Assembly: GCF_001194135.2 (NCBI RefSeq)
Contig: NC_068982.1
Coordinates: forward strand, 126,321,596-126,385,595
DNA: 64,000 nucleotides
Source of the DNA: Octopus bimaculoides
Taxonomy: Eukaryota
Direction of reading: 5' to 3'
Shown: one piece after another, positions 24,974 to 35,825 of the stretch
Position numbering within the stretch: the first letter of the stretch is position 1
How the letters are laid out: every line of letters starts with the position of its first letter
Notes under the pieces: model-generated
The model's input: only the letters and a program-made list of their open reading frames with translations
Database searches by the model: none
Told to the model about the DNA's origin: nothing
Translations under genes and position numbers: made by a program

Positions 24974-25028
24974 CATCAAAATTTCCGAAAATCCATTCTA
25001 TAGTTTTTCCTGTTTTTTGTGTGAAGAC
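24974..25028 (-). other. candidate 55-nt exon
   Basis: Acceptor CCTATAG|, donor GATG|GTAAAG, only frame 0 open: VFTQKTGKTIEWIFGNFD. No protein recognised. Confidence 0.25.
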
Positions 25029-26369
25029 CTATAGGCTTAAACATTTATGTAGTGATGACAGAGATTAGTGTAATATGAAGGAGAAAGATTTCATACAATA
25101 AGTAACTTTAGATAAATAGATAATAAAGAAAGAAAGAATATTATCTTTGGGAACATACGAAGAGAATACAAATATAAAAATTTTAAATTGTATTTTGAAT
25201 CCCGATAAATTTTTAAATGGACAATTTGGAACTAGTTGCTTTATGTGTATCAGTTTGCTGATTTCAATCAAAACAAAACACATTCAGTCAACAGACAAAA
25301 CAGTCTTGAAGTGCTTCTGTAACAACTCTGTTGCCTGAAATCCCATATTACAAAGAAGGGTTAATTGCTTGTTGACTAATGAGTACAAAGTTCAAAACTT
25401 CTTTGTTTAATTAATATCTGTTAAGTCTTGAGAATTGAAAATTCATTTTGCTTGTGTGATATTTGAATTTCATTCAGAAGCACATTATGAACGTAAGGGG
25501 AATCAATATAGATCGGAAGANNNNNNNNNNNNNNNNNNNNNNNNNNNNNNNNNNNNNNNNNNNNNNNNNNNNNNNNNNNNNNNNNNNNNNNNNNNNNNNN
25601 NNNNNNNNNNNNNNNNNNNNNNNNNNNNNNNNNNNNNNNNNNNNNNNNNNNNNNNNNNNNNNNNNNNNNNNNNNNNNNNNNNNNNNNNNNNNNNNNNNNN
25701 NNNNNNNNNNNNNNNNNNNNNNNNNNNNNNNNNNNNNNNNNNNNNNNNNNNNNNNNNNNNNNNNNNNNNNNNNNNNNNNNNNNNNNNNNNNNNNNNNNNN
25801 NNNNNNNNNNNNNNNNNNNNNNNNNNNNNNNNNNNNNNNNNNNNTATGATGGTCTTCTTTCAGTTTTCATCTACCAAATCCACTGACAAGGCTTTGGTTG
25901 GTTTGAGGCTATAGTAGAAGACAATTGCCCAAGGTGCCCTGTGGTTAGGAAGCAAGCTTCTTACCACACAGCCACAGTGCCACCTAATGAATGCTAAGTT
26001 CAAAACTTTTTTGTTTAATTAATAGTCCTGAGAAATGAAAATGCATTTCATTTGTGAGATATTTGAATTTCATTTAAAAGGACATTATGAACATAAGATG
26101 AATTAATATTTTGAATACCTAATAGCTATAAGTTAACATAGTGGTTCCATGTCAACTTACATGGGTGTAGTCATGATTTCAACTGAAGGGAGTGGTTTTA
26201 ATAATTAATATGAAATCCTCTAAAAGCCATTCAATTTGGGGAAAATGCAAAATTAAAATTAGGTAATTATATTTGCATAAAATGGGAGTAGGACATAAAA
26301 ACCTGCTGAACTTCCCTACTGGTTATGAGACTGGCATATTTTAACTGCCTCATTGGTTAAACTTCTTAA

Positions 26370-26560
26370 CTCTTTAAGTATTCAGATTACTCTGGCAAAT
26401 CTAATGCTTATTTATTGAGATTATTCTTAATCATGCATCATCTCATAGCTCTGGGATATTGATGATGTGGTTGCTTTATATTTAGAATGGCATTGTAAGA
26501 GAGGTGTGAGAGGCCAGATCTGGTCAGTTTTAACAAAAATTTTTTAAAAATGCTAAAAGG
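26370..26560 (+). mobile_element. TTAA-type (piggyBac-like) MITE, diverged
   Basis: TTAA|CTCTTTAAGTATTCAGATTACTCTG..AATGCTAAAAGG|TTTAA; body matches 28526-28746. Confidence 0.7.
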
Positions 26561-26919
26561 TTTAATTAACAGATAACTGGCACACTGATTAAAACTTTTC
26601 CCTTGTATCTTGTACAAGATAACAAAAAATAAATAACAAAGTATTGCTTGCTTAGTAATTTTTTAACCATTTTAATCAGTTTAATATATATTTCAAACAA
26701 TAATTATAAATTCACAGTCTATCTTCCTTCTTGAATAAGTTTAATAAATCTCTTGCTAATTAACTTCTTTTCAATTATGCCAGTAGCTTCTTAACAAAAT
26801 TTGAAGTGGTTTTATCTCACCGAGTACCTTATCTGTTCAGAAATTGTTAGAGAGGTCTTAAAGAGATCAAAAACTCATTTCTGAGAAAACAAATGTAAAT
26901 TTAACTTCAGTTCTATTTG

Positions 26920-27340
26920 TGGTATTTCACCTGTCTTTACATTCTGAGTTCAAATTCTGCCTGGGTCAACTTTACCTTTCATCCTTTAAAGGTTGATAAA
27001 TTAAGTACCAGTGAAATACTGGGGTCAATGCAATCGACTGGTCTCCTCTCCCAAAATATCAGGCCTTGTACTTATAACAGGAAGGATTATTATTATTATT
27101 ATATAAGGCAGCAAGTTGGCAGAATCGTTAGCATGCTAGGTGAAATGCTTAACAGTATTTCGTCTGCCATTACGTTCTGAGTTCAAATTCTGCTGAGTAC
27201 AACTTTGCCTTTCATCCTTTTGGGGTTGATAAAATTAGCACCAGTTATGCACTGGGGTCGATGTAATTGACTTAACCCCTTCCAAAATTTGAGGCCTTGT
27301 GCTTCCAGTAGAAAATATTATTATTATTATTATTATTATT
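26920..27340 (+). mobile_element. two tandem SINE family B copies with (TTA)n tails
   Basis: 26920-27090 (5'-degraded) and 27106-27340 (AAGGCAGCAAGTTGGCAGAATCGTTAGC..). Confidence 0.85.
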
Positions 27341-27349
27341 ATATCATAT

Positions 27350-27600
27350 GAGGACACATGGCCTGGTGGTTAGAGTGTTGCACTCACAATCAGAAGATTG
27401 TGGTTTCAATTCTTAGACTGGGTGGTGCATTGTGTTCTTGGGCAAAACACTTCATCTCATGTTACTCTGCAATCACTTAGACACCTAACATGTGGCACAC
27501 CATGCACCTGTTCAGGCAATGTTGACTTGATGGAGGAAGTGAGCTAATGCATGGCACATACATTTGATCACTATAAACAAATCATTGTGCAGGTTGACGG
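27350..27600 (+). mobile_element. tRNA-derived SINE with family C-like head
   Basis: TGGCCTGGTGGTTAGAGTG A box, GGTTTCAATTC B-box-like, CTTGGGCAAAACACTTCATCT. Confidence 0.65.
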
Positions 27601-27624
27601 GAGAGTCCGTCATTATTATTATTA

Positions 27625-27876
27625 AACCTTCAAGGACTGAACACAACTACCTCCCCCAAAACTGAAATGCAATATGCAAGCCAATGAAGGAGCCACTATA
27701 TGGTTGTTGAACCTGCTAAAAATAACAGCCTGTCTCTCTGATGCCACAATATTATTTAAATATAATGGAAAGACAGTGTATAATATAACATTAGATACAT
27801 TGTCTGAGAATAAGACAAGATAACCTGGAGTGCCTATGACTGAAACTGACCTGGGGTTAAACAACAACAACAACAG
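27625..27876 (+). mobile_element. repeat with GACCTGGGGTTAAACAACAACAAC tail (L2/CR1-type 3' end); related copies near 37250-37500 and 63500-63660
   Basis: Shared GGAGCC..GTTGAACCTGCTA..AAATAACAGCC block and (CAA)n tail across copies. Confidence 0.5.
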
Positions 27877-28360
27877 CAAGTAATAATGGGTAGTTTAAAA
27901 ATTGGCAATGGTTTAAAACCAATAGTTTATTGATAAATCAGAATTTCACTTTTAATTCACTCATGTTTTATTTAAGTAATTTTAAAGGATCAATTATTTC
28001 CTTATGGAATGGACTTGGAAGAAGAAAAAAATAAAGCAAATAAATTTAATCTAAAATATTGGAAACAAATGGCTGCTGACAACAAATCAAAATCAGATCA
28101 ACAAATTGAAAACAACTCACTGAAAAATAAATATTTTGGAAAAAGCCAGAGCAAAGTGTTGCATAATCTCAACAAACGACTGAACAGAGCAGAAGCATTG
28201 ATAATAATCAACTGAAATAATAAGCAAAATAATAATAATAATAAAATTTTTTTTAAAAAAACCAGATTTCTTTTTTTTTTTTTTGTCATTTTCATTAATT
28301 ATTCTTCAGTAAAGAAAATTCCTATAATTTTAAAAAAACCCCAGAAAGATGATTGATATA

Positions 28361-28398
<38 letters not shown>

Positions 28399-28466
28399 GT
28401 CAATTAGCTTCATATCTTCCCTATATTATTTGCATATATCTTTGCCTTTTTAAAACATTTTTTTAG

Positions 28467-28840
28467 TTGTTTCAGTCACTGGAATGTGGCCATACTGGGG
28501 CACCACTTTAAAGGGTATTATTTAACCCTTTAGTGTTCACATTATTCTGCCATAATTAATGCTTTTTTATCCACATTGTTTTGAACTAATCAAGCATTAT
28601 CTCGTAGCTATGAGATTTTGATGAGGTAGCTGTTAATTTTTAAAACGATATTGTAGGGTTGGTGTGAGAGACCAGATCTGGCCAGTTTGAACATAGAATA
28701 GGCAAAATACTTTTGGTTGGATATGGCCGGTTTAAATGCTAAAGGGTTAAACAGATTGACCCTGCTACTTGTTCTATCAGTCTCTTTTGCTGAACCACTA
28801 AGTCACAGGAACAAACCAACACCAGCTGTCAAGCAATAGG
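28467..28840 (-). mobile_element. SINE family A fragment split by a TTAA MITE
   Basis: GTTTCAGTCAC..GGCCATACTGGGGCACC before and CAGATTGACCC..CTCTTTTGCTGAACC..GTCAAGC after the MITE. Confidence 0.75.
28526..28746 (+). mobile_element. complete piggyBac-type MITE (221 bp) with TTAA target duplication
   Basis: TTAA (28522-28525) | CCCTTTAG...CTAAAGGG | TTAA (28747-28750). Confidence 0.85.
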
Positions 28841-29021
28841 GAAAACGTTTTCTCTCTCTCTCCTAAATGGTTACCCTGAGGTTACCATATATCTCCTCTA
28901 CATCAGTTTTTGTCCCTGTCCTTCTCTAACCTCATCCCCTGGTAAAACACCACCTCCTTCAATACCACTCCCTCTCTCAGTTGTGGGAGTTTTGTTTTGC
29001 AAGTTATTTGGTGGCTTTGCT

Positions 29022-29155
29022 GGTGTTGATGCCACATAAAAAGCACCCAATACACTCTGTAAAGTGGTTGGCACCCGGCCGTAAAAACCATGCCAAAGCA
29101 GACAGTGAAGCTTGGCGCAGTTCTCTGGCTTACCAGCATGGAAAACAAATGTAAA

Positions 29156-29160
<5 letters not shown>
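29022..29160 (+). mobile_element. RTE-tail element (family D), internally deleted
   Basis: GCCACATAAAAAGCACCCAATACACTC..CAGCATGGAAAACA. Confidence 0.75.
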
Positions 29161-29195
<35 letters not shown>

Positions 29196-29403
29196 GAATA
29201 AGGAGTAGAAAGGCTGGTACAGTATTATATATTTGAAAAAAATGAATAAAAATGGCTTTTCTGGTAATTTTTCCACTTTAATAATTAGATGTTTATAAGC
29301 TTTTAGGTGTTTACAAAAGGCAAACACCTAATTATTAAAGTGGAAAAATTATCAGAAAAGCCATTTCTATATATTTTTACAAACACATACACACACACAC
29401 ACA

Positions 29404-30547
29404 TTGAGTCATCCCATAAATAATGTTTTTTTCAATTGCATGAACTAAAAGTCGGAGGGGGATGGGATAAACTACCTGCATCAACTTGCTATAAAAGCAG
29501 GTGGTAATTTTACCTTGTACTTATTCTTAGTGCAAGTTTTGAAGAGTGCAGTTCGATTTTAACAGTTATTTTTTTCAAAGTTATAATGGAAGTGACAAAG
29601 GAGCACATTCGGCATATTTTGTTTTATGAGTTCAATAAAGGCAACGACACAACAGAAAGTGCAATGGGGATCGGACAATAAGTGTTAGCCAGTGTCAATG
29701 GTGGTTCCAGAAATTCCGAGCCGGAAACTACAGCTTAGAAGATGAGCCTCATCCTGAAAGATCTGTAGAGCTTGACAATAATGTCCTGCAAACCCATGAC
29801 TGTTGAAGAACTAGCAGAGAAGCTTGAATTTGGACATTCAACCACTGATACCTGCATGTCATCAGAAAAGTCAGCAAATTGGGTCAATGAGTTCCTCACA
29901 AACTTTCCGAGTCTAATCGTGCGCAGAGAGTGAATGTGTTTTCTTCTTTGCTGTCGTGTCTCACAAATGAACCTTTTTTGGACCGAATAGTGACTGGTGA
30001 TGAGAAATGGGTTCTCTATAAAAATGTCAAGCACCGAAGACAGTGGGTAGGGAAAGGAGAAACAGGCTAAAGATCTTCAGGCATGTAAGGTGCTGTTATC
30101 TGTTTGGTGGGGTATGAAAGGTTTAGTCCACTTTGAACTTTTAAACCCAAACCAAACAATAACAAAGGAGATCTACTGCAAGCAGCTTGAGCGGCTTAAG
30201 TCAGTGCTAGAAGAAAAACGACCATCTTTGGTTTCAAGACAAAAGGTGTTCTTCCAACAGGATAATGCTCGGCCACATACAGTGAGGATGACATTCCAAA
30301 GGCTGGAGCAGTTTAAATGAGAAACTATGTCCCACCCACCATATTCACCAGACATTGCCTCATCTGATTATCATTTATTCTGCAGTCTTCAAAATCATTT
30401 GGACGGAAAAAATATGAATTCTGTAGACAAGGTCAGAACAGTACCGGAAGTGTATTTTTCATCATGGAGAAGTGAATTTTGGAAGAGGGGCAAGTCTACC
30501 AGATAGATGGAAGAGCATTGTAGAAAATGAAGGACAGTATATTTTAG
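29404..30547 (+). mobile_element. mariner DNA transposon (D,D34D) with decayed transposase; right end lost in N gap
   Basis: ATG at 29586: MEVTKEHIRHILFYEFNKG, CQWWFQKFRAGNYSLEDEP, RIVTGDEKWVLYKN, FQQDNARPH, HPPYSPDIASSDYHLF. 34 residues lie between the second and third Asp. Frameshifts, deletions and an in-frame TGA are present. The left terminus TTGAGTCATCCCATAAATAATG follows CA rather than TA. Confidence 0.95.
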
Positions 30548-30642
30548 NNNNNNNNNNNNNNNNNNNNNNNNNNNNNNNNNNNNNNNNNNNNNNNNNNNNN
30601 NNNNNNNNNNNNNNNNNNNNNNNNNNNNNNNNNNNNNNNNNN

Positions 30643-30683
<41 letters not shown>

Positions 30684-32183
30684 GGCTTCCACACCGTTTC
30701 CTGTGTTTTGTCCAGCACAAGGCAATGATCAGCCAAGGGTTACAGTAAAAGACACTTGCCTAAGGTGCTGTGCAGTAGGACCCCAAACTACAAGGCTACC
30801 AAGAGAGCTCCTCAAGCAGACCCCATGCCTGCCCCTATACCTGTAGATGGAGAGATGAGAATAAAACCGTACACTGCAGAGAAACACCACATTCTTTACA
30901 ATGTTACGGTTTTGTGATGGTCATACTACTGATGGTACAAAATAGACGTATTTTTGTAACTGTGTGACATATTTAACCTTGTCATGGGTCCTACACCACC
31001 ACTATGGAGACTTCCAACAAATGGAAACTTCAAACATGAAAGTAAATACATTGTTGTTTTATAGATTGAGAAGAAATTTTAGTCCCAATTTTTATGCAAT
31101 CAAAGTTGAATCGATTTTTATTATCCATTACTCTCATTTATCTAAGTTGTAAGTGTATGTATGTATGTGATAGATAGACAGACAGATAGATAGATAGATA
31201 GATAGATAGACAGACACAGAATTAATATAGAAGCAAAAATACAATCCAAATATGTTTTTTTAAAACAATCATCAAAAGAATTTTTTTAAAGCTACTTTTT
31301 AAAATGTGCTGTTTACTGGCTATTATAAAATACTTAACTATTTAAGTTCTAACCTTTAAAAAGTGCTTTGTTTTGTATTTATTTTTTATTTTTCCCCCCC
31401 ATCTAACTGTGAAAAAAATATATACATAAACCGCTATAAATTGGCCTGGGAAAAATATATTGCTGTTCCATCTTTTGTTGATAATATCACTTTATAAACT
31501 AACCTGAGGAAAATGAGTGGGAGAGAGAGGGGGGGAAAGGGAGAAAAAATAAAAACAAAAAAAAGAAGAGAAAGAGAGAGAGAGATTATGTATCAGGTTT
31601 TTTCATCAGAGTGTATAATAATTGTAAATTCTATTTGAGAAGCTTAAGATGAGCCAACGGAGAAGTTATCAAGAAGCTATTTAGGCATATGGGATTACAG
31701 AGAAACCTTACAATTAAAACATTCTTATTTTTACTCAACATCATAGTTGAGATCAAGAGGGGTTTGTAGTTAAAAGTATCTCTTAGAATTTGTCACCATT
31801 CTCATACGAAACTTGAGATTTTCTCATTTGTAAGCTGTGAACACTTAAATTTAAACTGAATTACAAGTCTATTTATACATTTATTTATTTATCTATTTAT
31901 TTATTTATAGCCTATTCTCATTTATTTATTTATTTCTTGGTGGTATGTTTGAATTACACCTTTGTTTTCATTCCTGGGGGAAAGCGAAACCCATATTGTT
32001 TGCAGGATTTTCCTTTTTGAATGAAATAAAAGTAATTGTTTTGAAACTTTAGAAAATTAAAAAAATTAGAACACAGATGACTATAGAAAAGTTATTTAGT
32101 GAGTCTGAGTAGATAAAAAAAAGAAAAAGGAGAGATGCAGGGAGGGACGTTGAATATAGTAGGGAAGTAAAAGCAGAGATTAA

Positions 32184-32402
32184 CGCTTTCGTTACCATTC
32201 CGGCTGAAACCAGCTCTGGCTCTGAGTACAAATGTCTTGTTTTCATAAGTTTTGAATTAAAATCTTCTACCAAACCTTAGTCACAATTTATGTTCCTAAC
32301 ACTAGCTTAATAATAACTAAGTTATTTTACTAAATTCTTTGTTATATTTAAAGTAATTGAAGGAAACATAGAACATCTCAAAATAAATACATAATGAAAG
32401 GG
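32184..32402 (+). mobile_element. second piggyBac-type MITE family (219 bp) with TTAA duplication; related copy near 6235-6440
   Basis: TTAA (32180-32183) | CGCTTTCGTTAC...ATAATGAAAGGG | TTAA (32403-32406). Confidence 0.75.
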
Positions 32403-32527
32403 TTAAACAGACTAGTATCCATTGTGGACACTGTTACCTAATATTACACTCTTTAAATAGTGTATCTCCAGTTTGATACTCTGGGGGAAATGCCTGGTTA
32501 ATCGCAATTATTATCATTATTATTATT

Positions 32528-32751
32528 AAGGTGGCAAGCTGCCAGAATGGTTAGCAAGCCAGGCAAAATGCTCAGCAACATTTTATTTATCTTCATATTC
32601 TTCTGAGTTTCAATTCCATCAAGACTGACTTTACCATTCCTCTCTTTCAGGGTCAATAAAATAAATACCAGTAGAACACTGGGGTCAATGTAACCAACTT
32701 ACTCCTTCTCTCAAAATTGTTGGCCTTGTGCCAAAATTTGAAATCATTATT

Positions 32752-32760
<9 letters not shown>
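32528..32760 (+). mobile_element. SINE family B with (TAA)n tail
   Basis: AAGGTGGCAAGCTGCCAGAA..GAGTTCAATTCC..GGCCTTGTGCCAAAATTTGAAA. Confidence 0.85.
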
Positions 32761-32791
<31 letters not shown>

Positions 32792-33020
32792 GACAAATGG
32801 TTGAAAAACATTGGAATGGAATGTCTTGTAGAGCTTCTACAGAAAGTTTGCCTCTTAGGAACAGGCAAGATTATCAGAAGGGTTTTGAGCACTTGAAAGA
32901 TTATTGAAAGATTGTGGAATTCTAAGGTTACAGATAGTAAGCTGCTACCTGCATAAAACCAGGAATAAGGCCAATCTTGAGTCAAGTAGATTAATAATAA
33001 TAATAATAACAACAATAATA
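32792..33020 (+). mobile_element. R4/Dong-clade non-LTR retrotransposon 3' end
   Basis: DKWLKNIGMECLVELLQKVCLLGTGKIIRRVLST* (stop 32894-32896) matches the LQKxxLLGTARILRxVL terminus of R4-type REL-endonuclease elements; short 3' UTR and (TAA)n tail. Confidence 0.75.
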
Positions 33021-33029
33021 ATGGTTTCA

Positions 33030-33655
33030 AATTTTGGTACAAGACCAGCAATTTTTTTTGTGAGGATTGGAGATCCCCAGTACTCAAAAACTGAAAGGAT
33101 GAAAGGTTAAGTTACCCCTGGTGGCATTTGAACTCAGTATGTAAGGATAGCATTTTCTCCAATGCTATAACAATTCTGAAACCTTGCTACCTTCATAATA
33201 ATGGATACAAATTTTGACACAAGGCTAGCAATTTTAAGCGGGGAGAGAGGTGAGAGAGAGATAAGTCATTTACACTGACTGCAGTGCTCAACTGGTACTT
33301 ATTTTATTGACCTCAAAAGGATGAAAGTCAAAGTCAACCTTAGTGGCATTTGAACTCAGAATGTAAAGAGCCAGAAAAAATGCTGCTGGCTGTTTTGTCC
33401 AGCACAGTAACAATTCTATCAGCTTGCTGTCTTAATATTAAGAATAATAATAATCCTTTTTACTAAAAGCACAAGGCCTGAAATTTTGGAGGAGGGGGAA
33501 AGTCGATCATATCACCCCAGTACTTGACTGGTACTTAATTTACCAACCCTGAAAGGTAAAGTCAACCACGGCGGCATTTGAACTCAGAACATAAAAAGCC
33601 AGAGAAAGCGTTGCTGGGTGTTTTGTCTGGTACAGTAACAATCCTGTTGGCTTGT
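33030..33655 (-). mobile_element. three stacked SINE family B copies
   Basis: Copies at about 33030-33195, 33200-33435 and 33450-33655, each with GAAAGG..AAAGTCAACC..GGCATTTGAACTCAG. Confidence 0.85.
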
Positions 33656-33735
33656 CTTCCTGACACCTAGGGCAGAGAGATGTACTGTCTACCAATGTAT
33701 ACAGTACGTTTCTCTGCCCTAGGTGTGAGGAAGAC
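33654..33735. other. 82-nt near-perfect hairpin
   Basis: 35-nt arms GTCTTCCTGACACCTAGGGCAGAGAGATGTACTGT and ACAGTACGTTTCTCTGCCCTAGGTGTGAGGAAGAC, 12-nt loop; one G-G mismatch and two G-U wobbles as plus-strand RNA. Confidence 0.9.
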
Positions 33736-34099
33736 ACTCGGCAAGAAATGGAAACAGAATTGAAAGATGATAATGATGATGATGATGATGATAATAATAA
33801 TAATAATAATAATAATAAATCCTTAATGGAATAATATAATTCATTTCTGAAATCTTTCATTTTCAGCAAAACTTTAATCTTCTAAATGCCAAACTTCTAA
33901 AACATGTACACTACAAAGAAAATATGTTATTTGCATTGGTTTTCCAAGTCATGGAAATACTTCAATAAGATTATAACGTAATGTGATTAATTACATAATA
34001 AAATACCTATACATGAACTCAATACAATGAATACCAGTGCCAGAATCCCTCCACCACCATAAAAAGTACTATCGATGTACATTTTCCTGCCCTCTAGAA

Positions 34100-34701
34100 C
34101 AGAGGTTCTCAACAGGGATCCATGTAAGATTTTGTTGCTAAAATTTATCTGCAATAAACTGGGTATACTTCTACAAAATATTTTAGCTATCTTTTATATA
34201 ATTTCTAATAATAATCATCATCGTCAACGTTTAATGTCTGCTTTCCAAGCTGGCATGGATTGGACAGTTTGACATGAAGCTGGCTAGCAAGCTCTCCAGA
34301 CTCAGATTGTCTGCTGTAGCATAGCTTCTACGGCTGGATGATCTTCCTAATGCCAACTACTTAACAGAGTGTGCTTGGTGTTTTTACAGGCCACATTAAA
34401 TAATAATAATAATAATCTTTTCTATTCTAGGCACAAGGCCTGAAATTTTGGGGGATGGAACCTGTCGATTAGATCGACTCTAGTACACAACTGGTACTTA
34501 ATTTATCGACCCCGAAAGGATGAAAGGCAAAGTCGACCTCGGCGGAATTTGAACTCAGAACATAAAGACAGACGAAATACCGCTAAGCATTTCTGCCAGC
34601 TCATCGCCACAAATTTTTAAACATCAACTGGTTATAAGGATCCATCTGAATAAAACAGGAATCAAAGGGGTCCATAGACAAAAAATGGTTGAGAATCACT
34701 G
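34100..34701 (+). mobile_element. hAT (Charlie-like) MITE containing a nested family D element (34214-34395, minus) and family B SINE (34415-34610, minus)
   Basis: TIRs CAGAGGTTCTCAAC / GTTGAGAATCACTG; 8-bp TSD CTCTAGAA / CTCTAGAG (nTCTAGAn is typical of Charlie-type hATs). Confidence 0.8.
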
Positions 34702-35007
34702 CTCTAGAGGAACGATTTCTGATATCAGTGCATGAAAAAGAAAACAAACTCAAATTATATGGCTGATGTGAACTAAATATATTTGGGTATTGATTAATAT
34801 ATTTTCTGGGTATTCAGAAAAATGTTCTTACAACATTCCAAGTTTCATGTTCGACCAATGCCAAAAACAGTCGTTTTCCTTTTATTTTTTTTAAGAAGGA
34901 GACCAAAATTTAAGGCAGAAGTAATTTCGCATTTCCTACATTTGTTTAATGGTGTGTCTGTTTATCTACATGCACATGTACACACACACATATCAGGATA
35001 TATATAT

Positions 35008-35524
35008 GTATCGAAATCGAACCAAATTCGACGACTGGCACCCATGCCAACCTTCCTTCATTGGACGCTAAACTCTGCTTGCAAAGACCTGTTGGGACAA
35101 GTGAAATCGAAACTGAACCGAATTCAATGACTGGTACCCGTGCCAGTGGCGTGCTAACAACACCATCCGAGCGGGATCACTGCCAGACCAGTGGTCTGGC
35201 TTCTGTGCTGGTGGCACGTAAAAAGCATCATTTGAGCGTGATCGTTACCAGCATCGCCTTACTGGCACTTGTGCTGGTGGCAGGTGAACAAAACATTCGA
35301 GCGAGATCGTTGCCAGCACCGCCTGACTGGCGCTCGTGCCCATGGCACGTAAAAAGCACCCACTACACTCTCGGAGTGGTTGGCGTTAGGAAGGGCATCC
35401 AGGTGTAGAAACTCTGCCAGATCAGATTGGAGCCTAATGCAGCCATCTGGTTCGCCAGTCCTCAGTCAAATCGTCCAACCCATGCTAGCATGGAAAGCGG
35501 ACGTTAAACGATGATGATGATGAT
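35008..35524 (+). mobile_element. RTE-tail element (family D) with tandem internal modules
   Basis: Two GAAATCGAA..GACTGG(C/T)ACCC(A/G)TGCCA units, three ~65-bp GTGGC..GAGCG..CCAG..CTGGC..GTGC modules, canonical tail ending (GAT)n. Confidence 0.9.
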
Positions 35525-35619
35525 ATATGACAAGGAAGAAGATAAGTTACCAATATCATAGAGTTTAATGCTAGTTACAACTGGTTAATACTGGTTACAT
35601 ACATAAACACACATCCTTC

Positions 35620-35825
35620 TGTTAGTGTTTGTCCCCCACCACTGCTTGGCAACTGTTGATCTGTTTACATCTGGGTAACTTAGTGGTTCAGCAAAAGAGA
35701 ACTAACACAATGAATACCAGACTTTTAAAAAATATGTACTGGGGTCAAGTCATTTGACTAAGCCCCTCAAGGCAGAGCCCAGCTTGGCTGCCATCTAATG
35801 ACCGAAACAAGTAAAAGATAAAGGG
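35620..35825 (+). mobile_element. SINE family A, 3' half
   Basis: GTTTGTCCCCCACC..GTAACTTAGTGGTTCAGCAAAAGAG..GAAACAAGTAAAAGAT. Confidence 0.75.

Noticed and set aside
28009-28215. Lys/Asn-rich 68-aa plus-strand ORF
   Set aside because: Composition follows from A-rich DNA; no recognisable motif or splice support on this strand.
13317-31149. Plus-strand micro-exon candidates near 13317-13344, 19238-19260 and 31075-31149
   Set aside because: GTAAGT donors with nearby AG are expected several times by chance in 64 kb of AT-rich DNA; no coherent peptide results.
31974-31992. GGGGAAAGCG resembling the antisense U1 snRNA 3' end
   Set aside because: The match is only about 10 nt and does not extend.
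35147-35380. CRISPR-like or ribozyme interpretation of the ~65-bp module array
   Set aside because: Eukaryotic retroelement context with no cas genes; the inter-motif segments are homologous rather than unique spacers; HDV, twister and hammerhead topologies did not fit.
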